A stretch of DNA of 64,000 nucleotides from an uncultured Spirochaetota bacterium (GTDB taxonomy: Bacteria > Spirochaetota > Spirochaetia > SZUA-6 > Fen-1364). Every line of letters begins with the position of its first letter. The first letter of the stretch is position 1. This document shows positions 54,105-64,000 of this stretch, piece by piece. Under the pieces are notes generated by a model that was given only the letters and a program-made list of their open reading frames with translations, was not told the origin of the DNA and searched no databases. Made by a program: the position numbers and the translations under genes. The DNA lies in the NCBI GenBank assembly GCA_963734545.1, contig CAVTHO010000009.1, positions 160,001 through 224,000 on the forward strand, given 5' to 3'.

Positions 54105-55220
54105 ATGAAGAAGCATCAGGTCATAGAAACCTGGATCAGGAACAGGATCGACGAGGGAGTCCTTGTTCCCGGAGAGAAGCTTCCGTCAGAGAGCCAGCTC
54201 TGCGCCCAGTTCGGGGTCTCCCGAAACGCTGTGCGGCAGGCAATTCGCAATCTCATCCACGAGGGGCTCGTTGAAAGCACCAAGGGCGTCGGCACATTCT
54301 GCCGCACCCGGCGTCCCGCGTCGCCGCTGTCTGCGAATATCGGGCTGGTCGAGTTTTTCATAAGCTCCTACATCTACCCGGAGATCATTCGCGGCTGCTA
54401 CAACACGCTTTCGCGCAAGGGGTTCGCCCTTCTGCTCAATCAGTCCGAGTACAACCTCGAGCAGGAACGGGCAATCCTCCAGGATCTGCGGAAAAAAAAG
54501 GTCGGGGGAATCATCATCGCTCCCATCTATGGCGCGGGGGACCGCTCCAATGCTCTCCTGCTGGAGGAGATCCAGAACGAGGGCACCGCGGTGGTCCTCT
54601 GCGATGATTATTTCCCCGGCAGGAATTTCAGCAGCGTCACTCTCGACTATTGCACGTGCGGGGAGGAAGCCGCGGCCCACTTGTGGAAAAAGGGGCATCG
54701 GAAGATCGGCATCTTCTACCAGAAGGATTTCCTGGTCAAGGCGAACAGGATGAAAGGCGTGCTGGATTTTCTCGGGAGGCAGGAGGCTCCGGTACGGGCC
54801 GCCTGGATCGTGGGGTTCAACGGGCAGGGCCCGACGAGCCAGGCTTCTGCCGCGGCGGAGCGGTTCCTGAAGGGAGCAAAGGAGCTTCCCAGCGCGTTCG
54901 TCTGCGGCAATGACGAGGACGCCCTGCATCTCATCGAGGTTGCCGAAAGGCAGGGCATCCGGGTGCCGGGAGATCTCTCAGTCGTGGGATTCGATAATTC
55001 GGACATTGCGCAGCTGGAGAAGATCTCCCTGACCTCGGTCGATCACCCCAGCTTCGAGATCGGTGAGAAGGCGGCGAACATCCTCCTCGACAAGATATTC
55101 CACCCGGAGATCCGGTTCGTCACGCACACCATCATCACCCCGCACCTGGTGGAACGCAGCTCCGTGCGCAACCTTGTGCCCGCGGCCCCCATTCCACCGA
55201 GCACCCTCCTGCAGCGCTAA
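54105..55220 (+). CDS. AraR-type regulator (GntR wHTH + LacI-type sensor)
   Basis: LPSESQLCAQFGVSRNAVRQA; VPGDLSVVGFDN, LTSVDHP. Confidence 0.9.
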   Translation: MKKHQVIETWIRNRIDEGVLVPGEKLPSESQLCAQFGVSRNAVRQAIRNLIHEGLVESTKGVGTFCRTRRPASPLSANIGLVEFFISSYIYPEIIRGCYNTLSRKGFALLLNQSEYNLEQERAILQDLRKKKVGGIIIAPIYGAGDRSNALLLEEIQNEGTAVVLCDDYFPGRNFSSVTLDYCTCGEEAAAHLWKKGHRKIGIFYQKDFLVKANRMKGVLDFLGRQEAPVRAAWIVGFNGQGPTSQASAAAERFLKGAKELPSAFVCGNDEDALHLIEVAERQGIRVPGDLSVVGFDNSDIAQLEKISLTSVDHPSFEIGEKAANILLDKIFHPEIRFVTHTIITPHLVERSSVRNLVPAAPIPPSTLLQR

Positions 55221-55312
55221 CAAGCGCCACGCGTAGCGTGGCAGCCACGCGCGCCTTTTGCAGCGCCAGTCGTGCCATTCACCGATTAAGACACCGGGCG
55301 AAGCGCAGTGAT

Positions 55313-58300
55313 TCATACGAGCTTTCTTTCCCGCGCTTCCTCCATGATCATGCGGTTCCACCTGTTGCGCCAGAGGAAGGAGCTCCTTTCCGCGGGAGCG
55401 TCGATCCTGCTCGCGCGTTCCTGCAGGCTCTTCAGGGATTTGCTCAGCACCGTCATCTTGTCGTCCACCTCCTCGGAGCCTGCTTCGGGCAGGACCCGGG
55501 AGTACAGATAGTTGAACCAGTAGACCGCCGGGTCCACCTCGAGAGACTTCTCTCCCCGGGTGAGCTGGTGCAGCTCGCCGATGCCTTCCTGCCGGAACCC
55601 CCGCATGCCCAGAAGATAGGCGCGCAGCCCGGACAGGATGCGGCGCAGGAACGCGTCTCCCCGGCTGAGCCGGAAGCACCTGCCCTCGACCGCGGTGAAC
55701 CCGTCCCGCCAAGGCACGCCTTCCGGTGAGGGATAGCGAACAGACCAGGGAAGCGCGAGTCCCCTTTCGACGTAGAGAGACGCGTTCTCCAGGCTTTCTG
55801 AAAAAAGGGCGCTTTCCGCCAGGAAGAGGAGCACCTCCCTTGTCTGGGAGAGGCTCTCCAGGAGCCGGGTTCCCGAGCGCAGGTCTCCGCTGTGAACGAG
55901 TGCCCTGCCCAGCCACGCGCGCAGGACGGGTACGGCGGTTTCCGCCGTATAGAGCGTAGCGAGGCACAGGCAGGTCTGCAGACACAGGGAGCAGGAGTCA
56001 TAGGATCCCACCTGGAACTCGGTCCTGGCCTTGAGGAAGAGCAGAAACAGCTCCAGCTCCCGCCGATACGTCTCGCGCGCCATTTGCAGGCCCTGGTCGA
56101 TCGCGGCAAGGCACTGCGTGTAGCGGCCGTCTACAAACAGGCAGTCCGCAAGGTAGACGGCCGTCCACAGGGCGCCTGGGGCGTCTCCGGCCTCGTGGCA
56201 GAGTCTTTGGGAGAGCCCCAGGTACTCCACGGCCTCTCCCAGCCGTCCCTCGGCCAGCATGGCGGCGCCCAGCCAGAGGTAGCAGGCGCGCTCGCCTCTC
56301 TCCGCCGTCGGAGTCTCCGGGCTCGCCTCCCGGGTCTCCTGGTAGAGAAGCATCCCGCGCTTCAGCTCATCCAGGGCAGCCACGGCATTGCCCGGTGAAA
56401 AGAAAGAACTTGGCCCGTTCGATGGAGACTTCCCCGGCGAGCGTGCCCAGGGCACCCCCCGCCATGCCCTTCTGCGCCTCGGCCTGCGCCCCGTCCGCGG
56501 CGTCCTGTTCCTCCTCCATCAGTGCGGCGCGAAGCCGGCCGATTGCGGTCACGGCCGCGAGCCGCCGGGCCTGTTCGGGCGCCGGGGCGACCGCGAAATC
56601 CAGCGAGCGCGGCTCGCAGAAGGTCCGGGCGCCTGCCGCATCGTTCTCATCCAGCTTGCGCCGGATTATCTCCGGCAGGACGCCGAGGGCCAGGTCCGTC
56701 TTTCCGCTTCGCGCCAGGAAGGTGAAAAGGAGCACAGGGTGCCGATACTTCCCGGTCGTCCAGAGGGAGATCAGGTGCGCAATGAAGCGCTCCCGCAGAC
56801 CAGCGCCCTCTGCGCCGAGAAGCTCCTCCAGCTTCCGCCGAATGGCGGGGAAACGCGGAATGAGCGAGGTTTCCTCCGCGAGCAGCCCCGAAAGCTGAAG
56901 ACTGGAGAGGGACCTCTCTGCGGCGGCGAGCTCGAATCCCGCCCCTGCCAGGAAAGAGAGGAACCCCTGCCGGTCCAGCAGGCCGCCGGCGAGGTACAGC
57001 GCGTACAGGAGCTGGAAGGTGTCATCATGCTGGGTGCGTATGAGGTACCAGGAAACGGAGAGCGGGTTGGCAGGCAGCGGGGCCTCCTCGTCCGCCGCCT
57101 GAATCCACTCGTTGCGGCCGCCATCCGCGCGGATCCGTCCCGTCTTCCAGAGATACTGAAGGTAGGAAACCACCGTGACGTACAGACCGCCGGAACGGCT
57201 TCGCACGCGGCGTGCCACAGACTCCGGGATTTCCAGGCCGGGGAACAGATGCCGCGCCAGGGAGCGGATGTCGCGCTTGCCGAGCGGATGAACGTAGAGG
57301 GGGCGCAGATCGAACGCGGCCAGCTCCTCCGGTGGATTTTTCTCCACGCTGGAGAGCAGGGGGAGGAAGCCGGGCCTGAGGAGAAGATCGTCGAACAGGC
57401 GCGCCAGGACCGCGCGCGCCGCGGGATGATACGATTCGACCCCGTCGCACACGAGGACCGCGGGCAGGAACTTCTCTTCCGCCATCCGCGTCCATGCAAG
57501 GAGGTAGAGGCGGAAGCCGAGGCTGAAATCTTCCAGGATATGATCGGGAAGCAGCCTCGACTCTCCCGCGCGTTCCGGTCCCTCGATGGCCTGCAGCCAG
57601 ACGAGCAGGCGGCCGACCTCGTCCCAGACCGCGCGTTCGGGCCCGTGAAGGAAACGGGGAACCTCGGCGAGCGTGGCGGGCAGCAGGGCGCCGAGAAACG
57701 GGTGCAGCGGCGAGCGCCTCTTGAAGAGAGTGCGCATGCGCAGGATGGGAGGCTCGCGGCTGCCGCGAAGGAGTCGCGAGGCGAGCTCGGCAAGCAGGGC
57801 GGTCTTCCCCACGCCGGGGGGCCCGTGCGCCAGGAGGATTTCCCGGGACTCACCCGTGTTGAGCCGGGGCGAGATGATGTCCAGCGCCCGGCCGACCAGG
57901 GCCTCCCGGATCCACGGCCGCGGCGAATGGACGGTCCGGGCAGGCGCCTCCCGAGGCCTCACCTGGCCGGTGGCGCGGTAAAGGGACCCGGCCTTCACCG
58001 TCGAAAGGGCATCTGCAAAAAGGAGCACACACTCGGGAGCCAGCCATACCTGCTCGTCGGCATCCGCCTCCTCCAGGAGCTCCCTGATCCGGGAAGAAAG
58101 CTCGTGCCCTCCCAGGGGGGGAAAGGAAGCCAGAAGGATTGCGAAGCCGAACAACTCCTCGCGCCGCGAGGAAAGGAACTCCTTTACCCTCCACGCGGCG
58201 GAGGAGGCGGCCGTGATGTCGAGATCCGGCTCTTCACCGAGCTCCGCCATCCAGGCCTTCTGGCCGGCTTCGGCGAACGGGGCGGCGCGCGGCCCGAGCA

Positions 58301-58409
58301 TGGCCGCGAGCCCTTCCTCCACCACCGGGAGGCTGCCCGCGCGCAACCGCACGAGTTGCCGATAATTGCGCAACTCTGCGATAATGTATACCATATGGGC
58401 ATTATTCAT
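55313..58409 (-). CDS. STAND-like P-loop ATPase with C-terminal TPRs (frameshift ~56392)
   Basis: GPPGVGKT, VLVCDGVE, SGGLYV (GxP-like), TPR-like helices. Confidence 0.7.
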
Positions 58410-58438
58410 GAATGAGCGCACGGTGTGAAGGGGAATAG

Positions 58439-59005
58439 ATGGAGTCCGGTGAGTCTCTCGAGTTGAACGGAAAGCAGAGCAGGACCGTCCGGCTGAAAGT
58501 GAGCCCGAAAGCCGATTTTCGGGACGTGCTGCGCACCCTCGGAGAAATCAGCATACCGACCACACGAGTGAGCGACGAGAATATCCGGTTCGCCATCCTC
58601 GAGCTTCTCAATAATTCGATCCGCGCCCACCGGGAAAAGGGCGAGGCACGCGACATCTGCCTCGACCTGACCGTCTCCGGCGGGAGGCTCGTGATCGCCA
58701 TTCGTGACTTCGGCGGCGGTTTCGATCCCGAGAAGCTTCCGTACAACTTGCATGCGGATGCGGCCACCCTCGACCTGCGCTCCCGCGCGTTCGAAGAGTA
58801 CCAGAAGGCCAACGGCTACAAACGATTCGGGATGGGGATCTACGTGGCAAAGAAAACCTTCGAGGACTTCCGACTGGTTTTTCTGGACGGGATGGACAGG
58901 CCTGCCGCCTGGATGCCCGGCAGGGTCATCGGGACCCTCATCACCCTGTCAGTGAGAATGGATGCGGGCCAGCCCGCAGAGTTAGGAGCCGCCAGTGGGC
59001 GCTGA
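58439..59005 (+). CDS. Stand-alone HATPase_c protein (RsbW/anti-sigma kinase-like)
   Basis: ELLNNSIRAH N-box, RDFGGGFD G1, FGMGIY G2, no HisKA domain. Confidence 0.8.
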   Translation: MESGESLELNGKQSRTVRLKVSPKADFRDVLRTLGEISIPTTRVSDENIRFAILELLNNSIRAHREKGEARDICLDLTVSGGRLVIAIRDFGGGFDPEKLPYNLHADAATLDLRSRAFEEYQKANGYKRFGMGIYVAKKTFEDFRLVFLDGMDRPAAWMPGRVIGTLITLSVRMDAGQPAELGAASGR

Positions 59006-59336
59006 ACAGAGACAGCAGCCGAGGGTTTCCGGCTACGCCAAGGCGCTTCTCGTCGGGCCGAACACCCCCGGCTACATCAGGGACTTGAGCCGCACGGGCT
59101 GCCAGGTGGCGTTCGTGCAGGCCGTCGACGCGGCTGCCGGAGATCTCATCAAGGTACGCGTGATCGACGAGCACGACCCCGCCGTCCCTGAGTTCCAGAT
59201 CAGCATTCGCGTGCGCAGAATCAAGCCGGACGCGCTCTGGTGCGTGCTGGGCGGGGAGATAGAATCCGTCAGCGGCAACGAGGACCAGCGCGTCTTCGAA
59301 AAGCTCGTGGATTACTACGCGGGGGCAGGAGCCTAG
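58995..59336 (+). CDS. PilZ domain protein
   Basis: RQQPR (RxxxR) and DLSRTG (DxSxxG). Confidence 0.85.
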   Translation: MGAEQRQQPRVSGYAKALLVGPNTPGYIRDLSRTGCQVAFVQAVDAAAGDLIKVRVIDEHDPAVPEFQISIRVRRIKPDALWCVLGGEIESVSGNEDQRVFEKLVDYYAGAGA

Positions 59337-59376
59337 GCAGGGATGCCTACCGCGCCGAACGGGTGCGGCCTGCGGC

Positions 59377-59886
59377 CTACCAGTGATCCTTTCCCGATAT
59401 CTGCTTGAGGGGCTTGCGCGGAGTGGGGTCCGGCACCGAGTCAGGGTGCCCCGCCAGGATGACCAGAACCACGCGCATGGAGAAGGGGATCGAGAGAAGG
59501 TCGCACACCTCCTGCTCATCGAAGGTGGTGATGCAGCAGGTCCCGAGCCCTTCGTGAACGGCCTGCAGGACCATGTGCGAGGCCGCGAACGCGAGATCGA
59601 TCGGGTAGGAAAGCTGGCCGTTGGGCATGTGGTAGTCGATATTCGTGGTGCACACGGCGATGATCAGGGGCGCCTGGCCCACATAGTCCTGGCCAAAGGC
59701 GGCCTCCATCATTTTCTGCCGCGTCTCCTTCTTCTGGATGGCGACGAACCGCCACTCCTGCCTGTTTTTCGCGGAAGGGGCGAGACGGCCTGCCTCGAGA
59801 ATGCGCTCCACCTGCTCTTTTTCCACGGGCTGGGACGTAAAGGATCTTATGCTTCTCCGCTGGAGGATTTCAGGCAGGATTTCCAT
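59377..59886 (-). CDS. Nitroreductase family protein
   Basis: RRSIRSF, APSAKNRQEWRF, GLGTCC. Confidence 0.92.
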   Translation of the reverse strand: MEILPEILQRRSIRSFTSQPVEKEQVERILEAGRLAPSAKNRQEWRFVAIQKKETRQKMMEAAFGQDYVGQAPLIIAVCTTNIDYHMPNGQLSYPIDLAFAASHMVLQAVHEGLGTCCITTFDEQEVCDLLSIPFSMRVVLVILAGHPDSVPDPTPRKPLKQISGKDHW

Positions 59887-60038
59887 GTGTTCTGCAAAAT
59901 CGTAGTGAAATTCAATCCGATTTGCAAGGTCGCCTGTGTCCGTCCCTGGACTCGGCGTCCCTCGACATCCTGTCTACGGGTCGGCGATTCTCAGGCTCGA
60001 TTGACGCCCGCACACCCTTCTCCTATGCTGGAATATGC

Positions 60039-62260
60039 ATGAAGCGATTCCTCGGTCTGGCGGCTCTGTTATGCATGATGCAGGGAGCGCTCGTTGCAGG
60101 GGCGGACCCCGCGGCCCCCTCCGCCCGACTCCCGGAAGAGGTTCTGGCTGTCTCCCGTTTCTTTCCCCGGCCGGAAGGCTCGCGGATGGAGAAAGACCTG
60201 GTCACCTGGATCGAAACGCGTCTCTCGTCCCTCGGGGTCGCTTTCATCCCGTTCGATTTCGGCCGATCGGATTTCCAGCACTCCTTCTCCTCCTGCATCA
60301 GGGTGGATATTCCCGGCGCAGTCCGTGATACGCTCATACTCGCCGTGCCGCTCAACAGCCCGCCGGATGCGGAGAGAGGAAGAGACGGGTCCATCAACGT
60401 GGCCCTCGCCCTCGACCTCATTGCCCAGGTGAAAAACAGGCAGCCACCCGTCAGCCTCACGGTTCTTTTCCTCGGTGCCGAGTACGGAGACACGAGCGCG
60501 TATCCGATGGGCAGCACCCTCTTCCTCCGTGATTTCCAGCCGGATTATCGGGCCGCCGTCCTTTACCTGAATTTTCGCGCCGTGCCGTCACGGGTGCTCG
60601 TGCGCGGCGGGGGCAGGGGAATCGTCTCTCCCTATTGGCTGATGAACAGGTGTGTGGACGCCCTGCGGGGAGCACGGATCCCCTTCCGCCTTCCGGGGGA
60701 AGAAATACAGATATTCCGCATGGGCACGACAGGCGAGCATACCGCCATCGAGCCCTATCTCAAGGCCGGCTACCCGTCCGTCGGGCTGGAAGGAGAGAAC
60801 GGCGAGATCGCGTCGCTGAACGAATCCGAATGGCTTCTCTCCTTTTCATCATTCCTGCGGGGCATCATAGCAGCAAACTCCACCGGTATTCCCGAGGAGT
60901 GGGACCGGCACTACCTGCTCCTGCAGGCGGGCGGGATCTCCCTCATCATCGGTGAGAAACTGAATCTCTCGATCCTCCTGGGAACGCTGGCTGCCACCCT
61001 CCTCTTTTCCCTCGCGTTTCGCAGGGGCCTCAAGAAGTACCAGCGCACCCTGGCAAGGAATATCCCCTCGATCATCCCCCTGGCAGGCCTGGCGTTCCTG
61101 TTCCTGGTGGCGGGCACATACGCCCTCAAGGGGATCCTTTCCGTGCGCGGCTTTTCCATCCTCTGGACGTATGTGCCGCTGGAGTTCCTTGCTCTCAAGG
61201 TCTGCATCGCCCTTTTCCTGTACGCGGCGCTGTACAATGTCATGCGCAGGCTGCCGTTCCCGCGCAACGGCAGCTTCTACTCCGCGGCGGCCGTCTTCTT
61301 CCTGCTCATCGACATCGGGGTGGTCGCGGTCTTCAATATCTCGTTCACCTACTATTTCCTCTGGGCGTTCATATTCGTGTTCCTCTCCACGCTCGTCCGC
61401 AATCGATACATGAAAGCTCTGTTTTTTTTACCCGCTCCGGTCTGGGCTCTTCGCGGGCTGATAACCGTTTTCCAGGCGCCGGCGCTCCCCTTCTGCCACT
61501 TTCTCCTTCTCTCCCCTCTCTGGGGAAACCTCCTGGCCGCGGCCGTGAGCCTGCCGATCATCCTGATGGTGCTGCGGTTGGGCCTGCTTTTTCCCGGGCA
61601 AGGGGATCATGCGCCGCAGGGTGCGGGAGTTGGGATTGGCCGGCATCCTGCTTGTCACCGGCAGCGCGCTGGCCGTTCATCTTGCCACCTTCTCTCCCTT
61701 TTCCGACTCCCGGCCGCAGCCGCTTGTCGCCACGCAGACCATCCGGGTGGCCGCCACGGGAGAAACAGAATCCACCTCGCTGGACATAACGAGCCCGGCG
61801 CCGCTGGGGTCGCTTTCCATCTCGGACTCGAGAGGGGCGCGTGCCGTCTATCCAGCCGGTACCGCGGTCCGCTACTCGCTCCCGCTGGTCGCCTCGCCGC
61901 TCCAGATCGCGCAGGACTCGAGCGAGTTCCTTCAGCAACGCAACATCCTGCTTCGCGTCCAGATGCCGTCCAGCCCCCGGCAGCGTCGTCGTGACGCTCA
62001 CCTCGGAGGATGATTTCATCCTTTTCGACAGCTCGTACCCTCCCGTCCGGGAGAGCCCGCGCCAATACCGGCTGCTCATCGGCGCTTTCCCGCCGAATCC
62101 CCTGCCGCTGCAGCTCACTCTTCCTTCGGGCGGGGCATTCACGCTCACCCTGACCGCGGAGTTCGACGCGCCCCTGATCGGGGCGGCGGTCGGTGCGGGT
62201 CCCGAGATGCGGGTGAGCACGCGCGTGCGGGTAGTGCGAAGCCTGGGGGTGAAGACATGA
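60039..62260 (+). CDS. M28-peptidase-like multi-pass membrane protein (frameshifts ~61600, ~61980)
   Basis: Signal peptide, PRPEGS, VLFLGAE..GS, about 9 TM segments, C-terminal beta-rich domain. Confidence 0.65.
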
Positions 62261-63469
62261 GCGGCGATCCGCCCCGCCCCGTCGTCTTCCACGTGGACCT
62301 GGATGCGTTCTACGCCTCCGTGGAGCAGAGGGACAACCCCTCCCTGGCCGGGCAAGCCCGTCATCGTCGGCGCCGCCCCCGGACACCGCGGCGTGGTCTC
62401 CGCCTGTTCCTACGAGGCGCGTCGCTTCGGAATCCATTCTGCCATGCCTATCTCGCAGGCGTACCGGCGCTGTCCTCAGGGAGTCTACCTGCCGGTGCGC
62501 ATGGAGCGCTACCTCGAGGTTTCCCGCGACGTCATGGCCATACTCGCCGGATACACGCCCCACATGCAGCAGATCTCGGTGGACGAGGCATTCCTCGACC
62601 TCACGGGCACCGAGCGGCTGTTCGGGCCCCCGAGGGAGACGGCCGCGCGGCTGAAGGCCGAGGTGCGTGAAAAGACGGGTCTCGCCATTTCCGTGGGCAT
62701 CGGGCCGAACAAATACCTGGCAAAGCTCGCCACGAACGCGGGCAAACCGGACGGCCTGGTGGAAGTCAGCGCGGAGAATGCCGAAGCGTTCCTGGACAGT
62801 GTGCCGCTGAAGGACCTGTGGGGAATCGGAGAGAAGACGCTGCAACGCCTCACCGAGCTGAACATCACCGCCGTCCGTCAGCTCCGCGGACTACCGGAGC
62901 CCGAGCTCGCCCGGCTGCTGGGAGCGGGAGCCGCCGGCTTTCTCTCCACGGTCTCCCGCGGCGCGGACCCGGGCATCTTCTCCGAGGAGCCGCGCAGCAG
63001 GTCGCTGTCCAGCGAGACCACGTTCGAGAGGGACAGGAAGGACAGGGCGGGAATCGAGCGGATACTGCTCGAGCTGTGTCACCAGGTCATGTTCCGCATG
63101 ATCGAAGAATCCTGGAAATCGAAAACCCCCAACCTGAAGCTCAGGTTCCACGACTTCACCACGGTGAGCGCGCAGAAGACGTTGAAGCACTGGGTGTCTT
63201 CCGCGGAAGAGCTCTACGCGGTGGCGCTGGAGCTCCTCGCATCGCGCTGGAGCGGTGGTACCCCCATACGGCTGATAGGGATCGGGTTTTCAAATCTCTC
63301 CCCCGTGGAGGCGCAGGAGCAGCTCGAGCTTTTCACGGATGAGTTCTCCAGACAGAAAAAGGTGGAAGAAGCCGTCTTTCGCCTCCGCCGCAAGCTGGGC
63401 GACGTGCCGCTCACCAAGGCGAGCCTGATGAAAGGCGAGCTGCGAAAGAAGCCCCCTACCACCCCTTGA
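62257..63469 (+). CDS. dinB: DNA polymerase IV (frameshift ~62350)
   Basis: HVDLDAFYASVEQ, SYEAR, SVDEAFLD, KYLAKLA..KPDG. Confidence 0.94.
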
Positions 63470-64000
63470 GAAGCTCTCTGGCCTTCTGCAAGTCCTTTGC
63501 CTGGGCCACGGTGAGACTTTCCAGACTGCCCAGCTCGCTCACGGTGAACCGCGCGAGTGCCCTTGCTTCCTCCCGGTCGGACACATCCGGCACGGCCGCC
63601 CCTGCCTCATAGAGGGATCCCTTCTCCAGCGGCGTGACAGCCGTGTCGAGCTTTGCCGCCCTGGCTTTCAGTTCGCTTGCCCGCCGGCTCCCGGACCAGT
63701 CCCTCTTGTAGAGGGACTTTGCAAGCTCGTTGTAGAAGTCGTAGACCAGTTCCTTCTCGGTGCCTGCCTGAACCTGTGCCTGGCGGAGATCAACGGCCTT
63801 TCGTCCAAGGGAGACCGCGGCTTCGATGCTGCCGAAGGACAACGGCCAGCCCGGCAGCTCGCGATAGAGCTGGCCCAGGACAAAGTAAGCGTCGCTGCGC
63901 TCGGGATTGATGGAGAGCTCCTTTACCAGGAGGTCCTTCATCGGACCCGCCTTGGAAAGTGAGTCGAAGATTCCCCTCACCTGGCCCCAGCGTCCGATGT
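63456..64000 (-). CDS. TPR-like hypothetical protein (partial)
   Basis: GRWGQVRGIFDSL..AYFVLGQLYRELPGWPLSFG; reading frame open to the window edge. Confidence 0.7.
   Translation of the reverse strand, partial: IGRWGQVRGIFDSLSKAGPMKDLLVKELSINPERSDAYFVLGQLYRELPGWPLSFGSIEAAVSLGRKAVDLRQAQVQAGTEKELVYDFYNELAKSLYKRDWSGSRRASELKARAAKLDTAVTPLEKGSLYEAGAAVPDVSDREEARALARFTVSELGSLESLTVAQAKDLQKARELLKGW

Noticed and set aside
56388-58415. Long antisense ORFs (also 23490-24995, 37397-39235, 25513-26787, 10075-11268)
   Set aside because: Shadows of high-GC genes on the opposite strand with no recognisable motifs

Overview
GC-rich bacterial chromosome segment, most likely from an uncultured Spirochaetota (Spirochaetia) genome. 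That assignment is an inference from the short ~600-aa AlaRS, a spirochaete-type small conserved protein + TPR pair, and several other spirochaete-like hypothetical proteins. About 27 single-base frameshifts, including several in alaS and clpB, point to unpolished long-read errors, so split genes are reported here as single loci. Content: Ku-LigD, AbrB/VapC toxin-antitoxin pair, an ERG2/sigma-1-receptor-like protein, sirtuin, tdh-kbl, acyl-CoA ligase, mtnA, bshC-bshB1, clpB, pbpC, alaS, hisB, a yybP-ykoY riboswitch-controlled P-type ATPase, two sugar ABC loci with regulators and glycosidases, a STAND-like ATPase, an HATPase-PilZ pair and dinB. The best candidate for an undescribed system is a four-gene chaperone-usher-like fimbrial cluster (15734-20624). 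Also notable are a dispersed REP-like hairpin family that has expanded in tandem and entered a histidine kinase in frame, and widespread apparently leaderless promoters. No rRNA, tRNA, CRISPR array, transposase or integrase was recognised.
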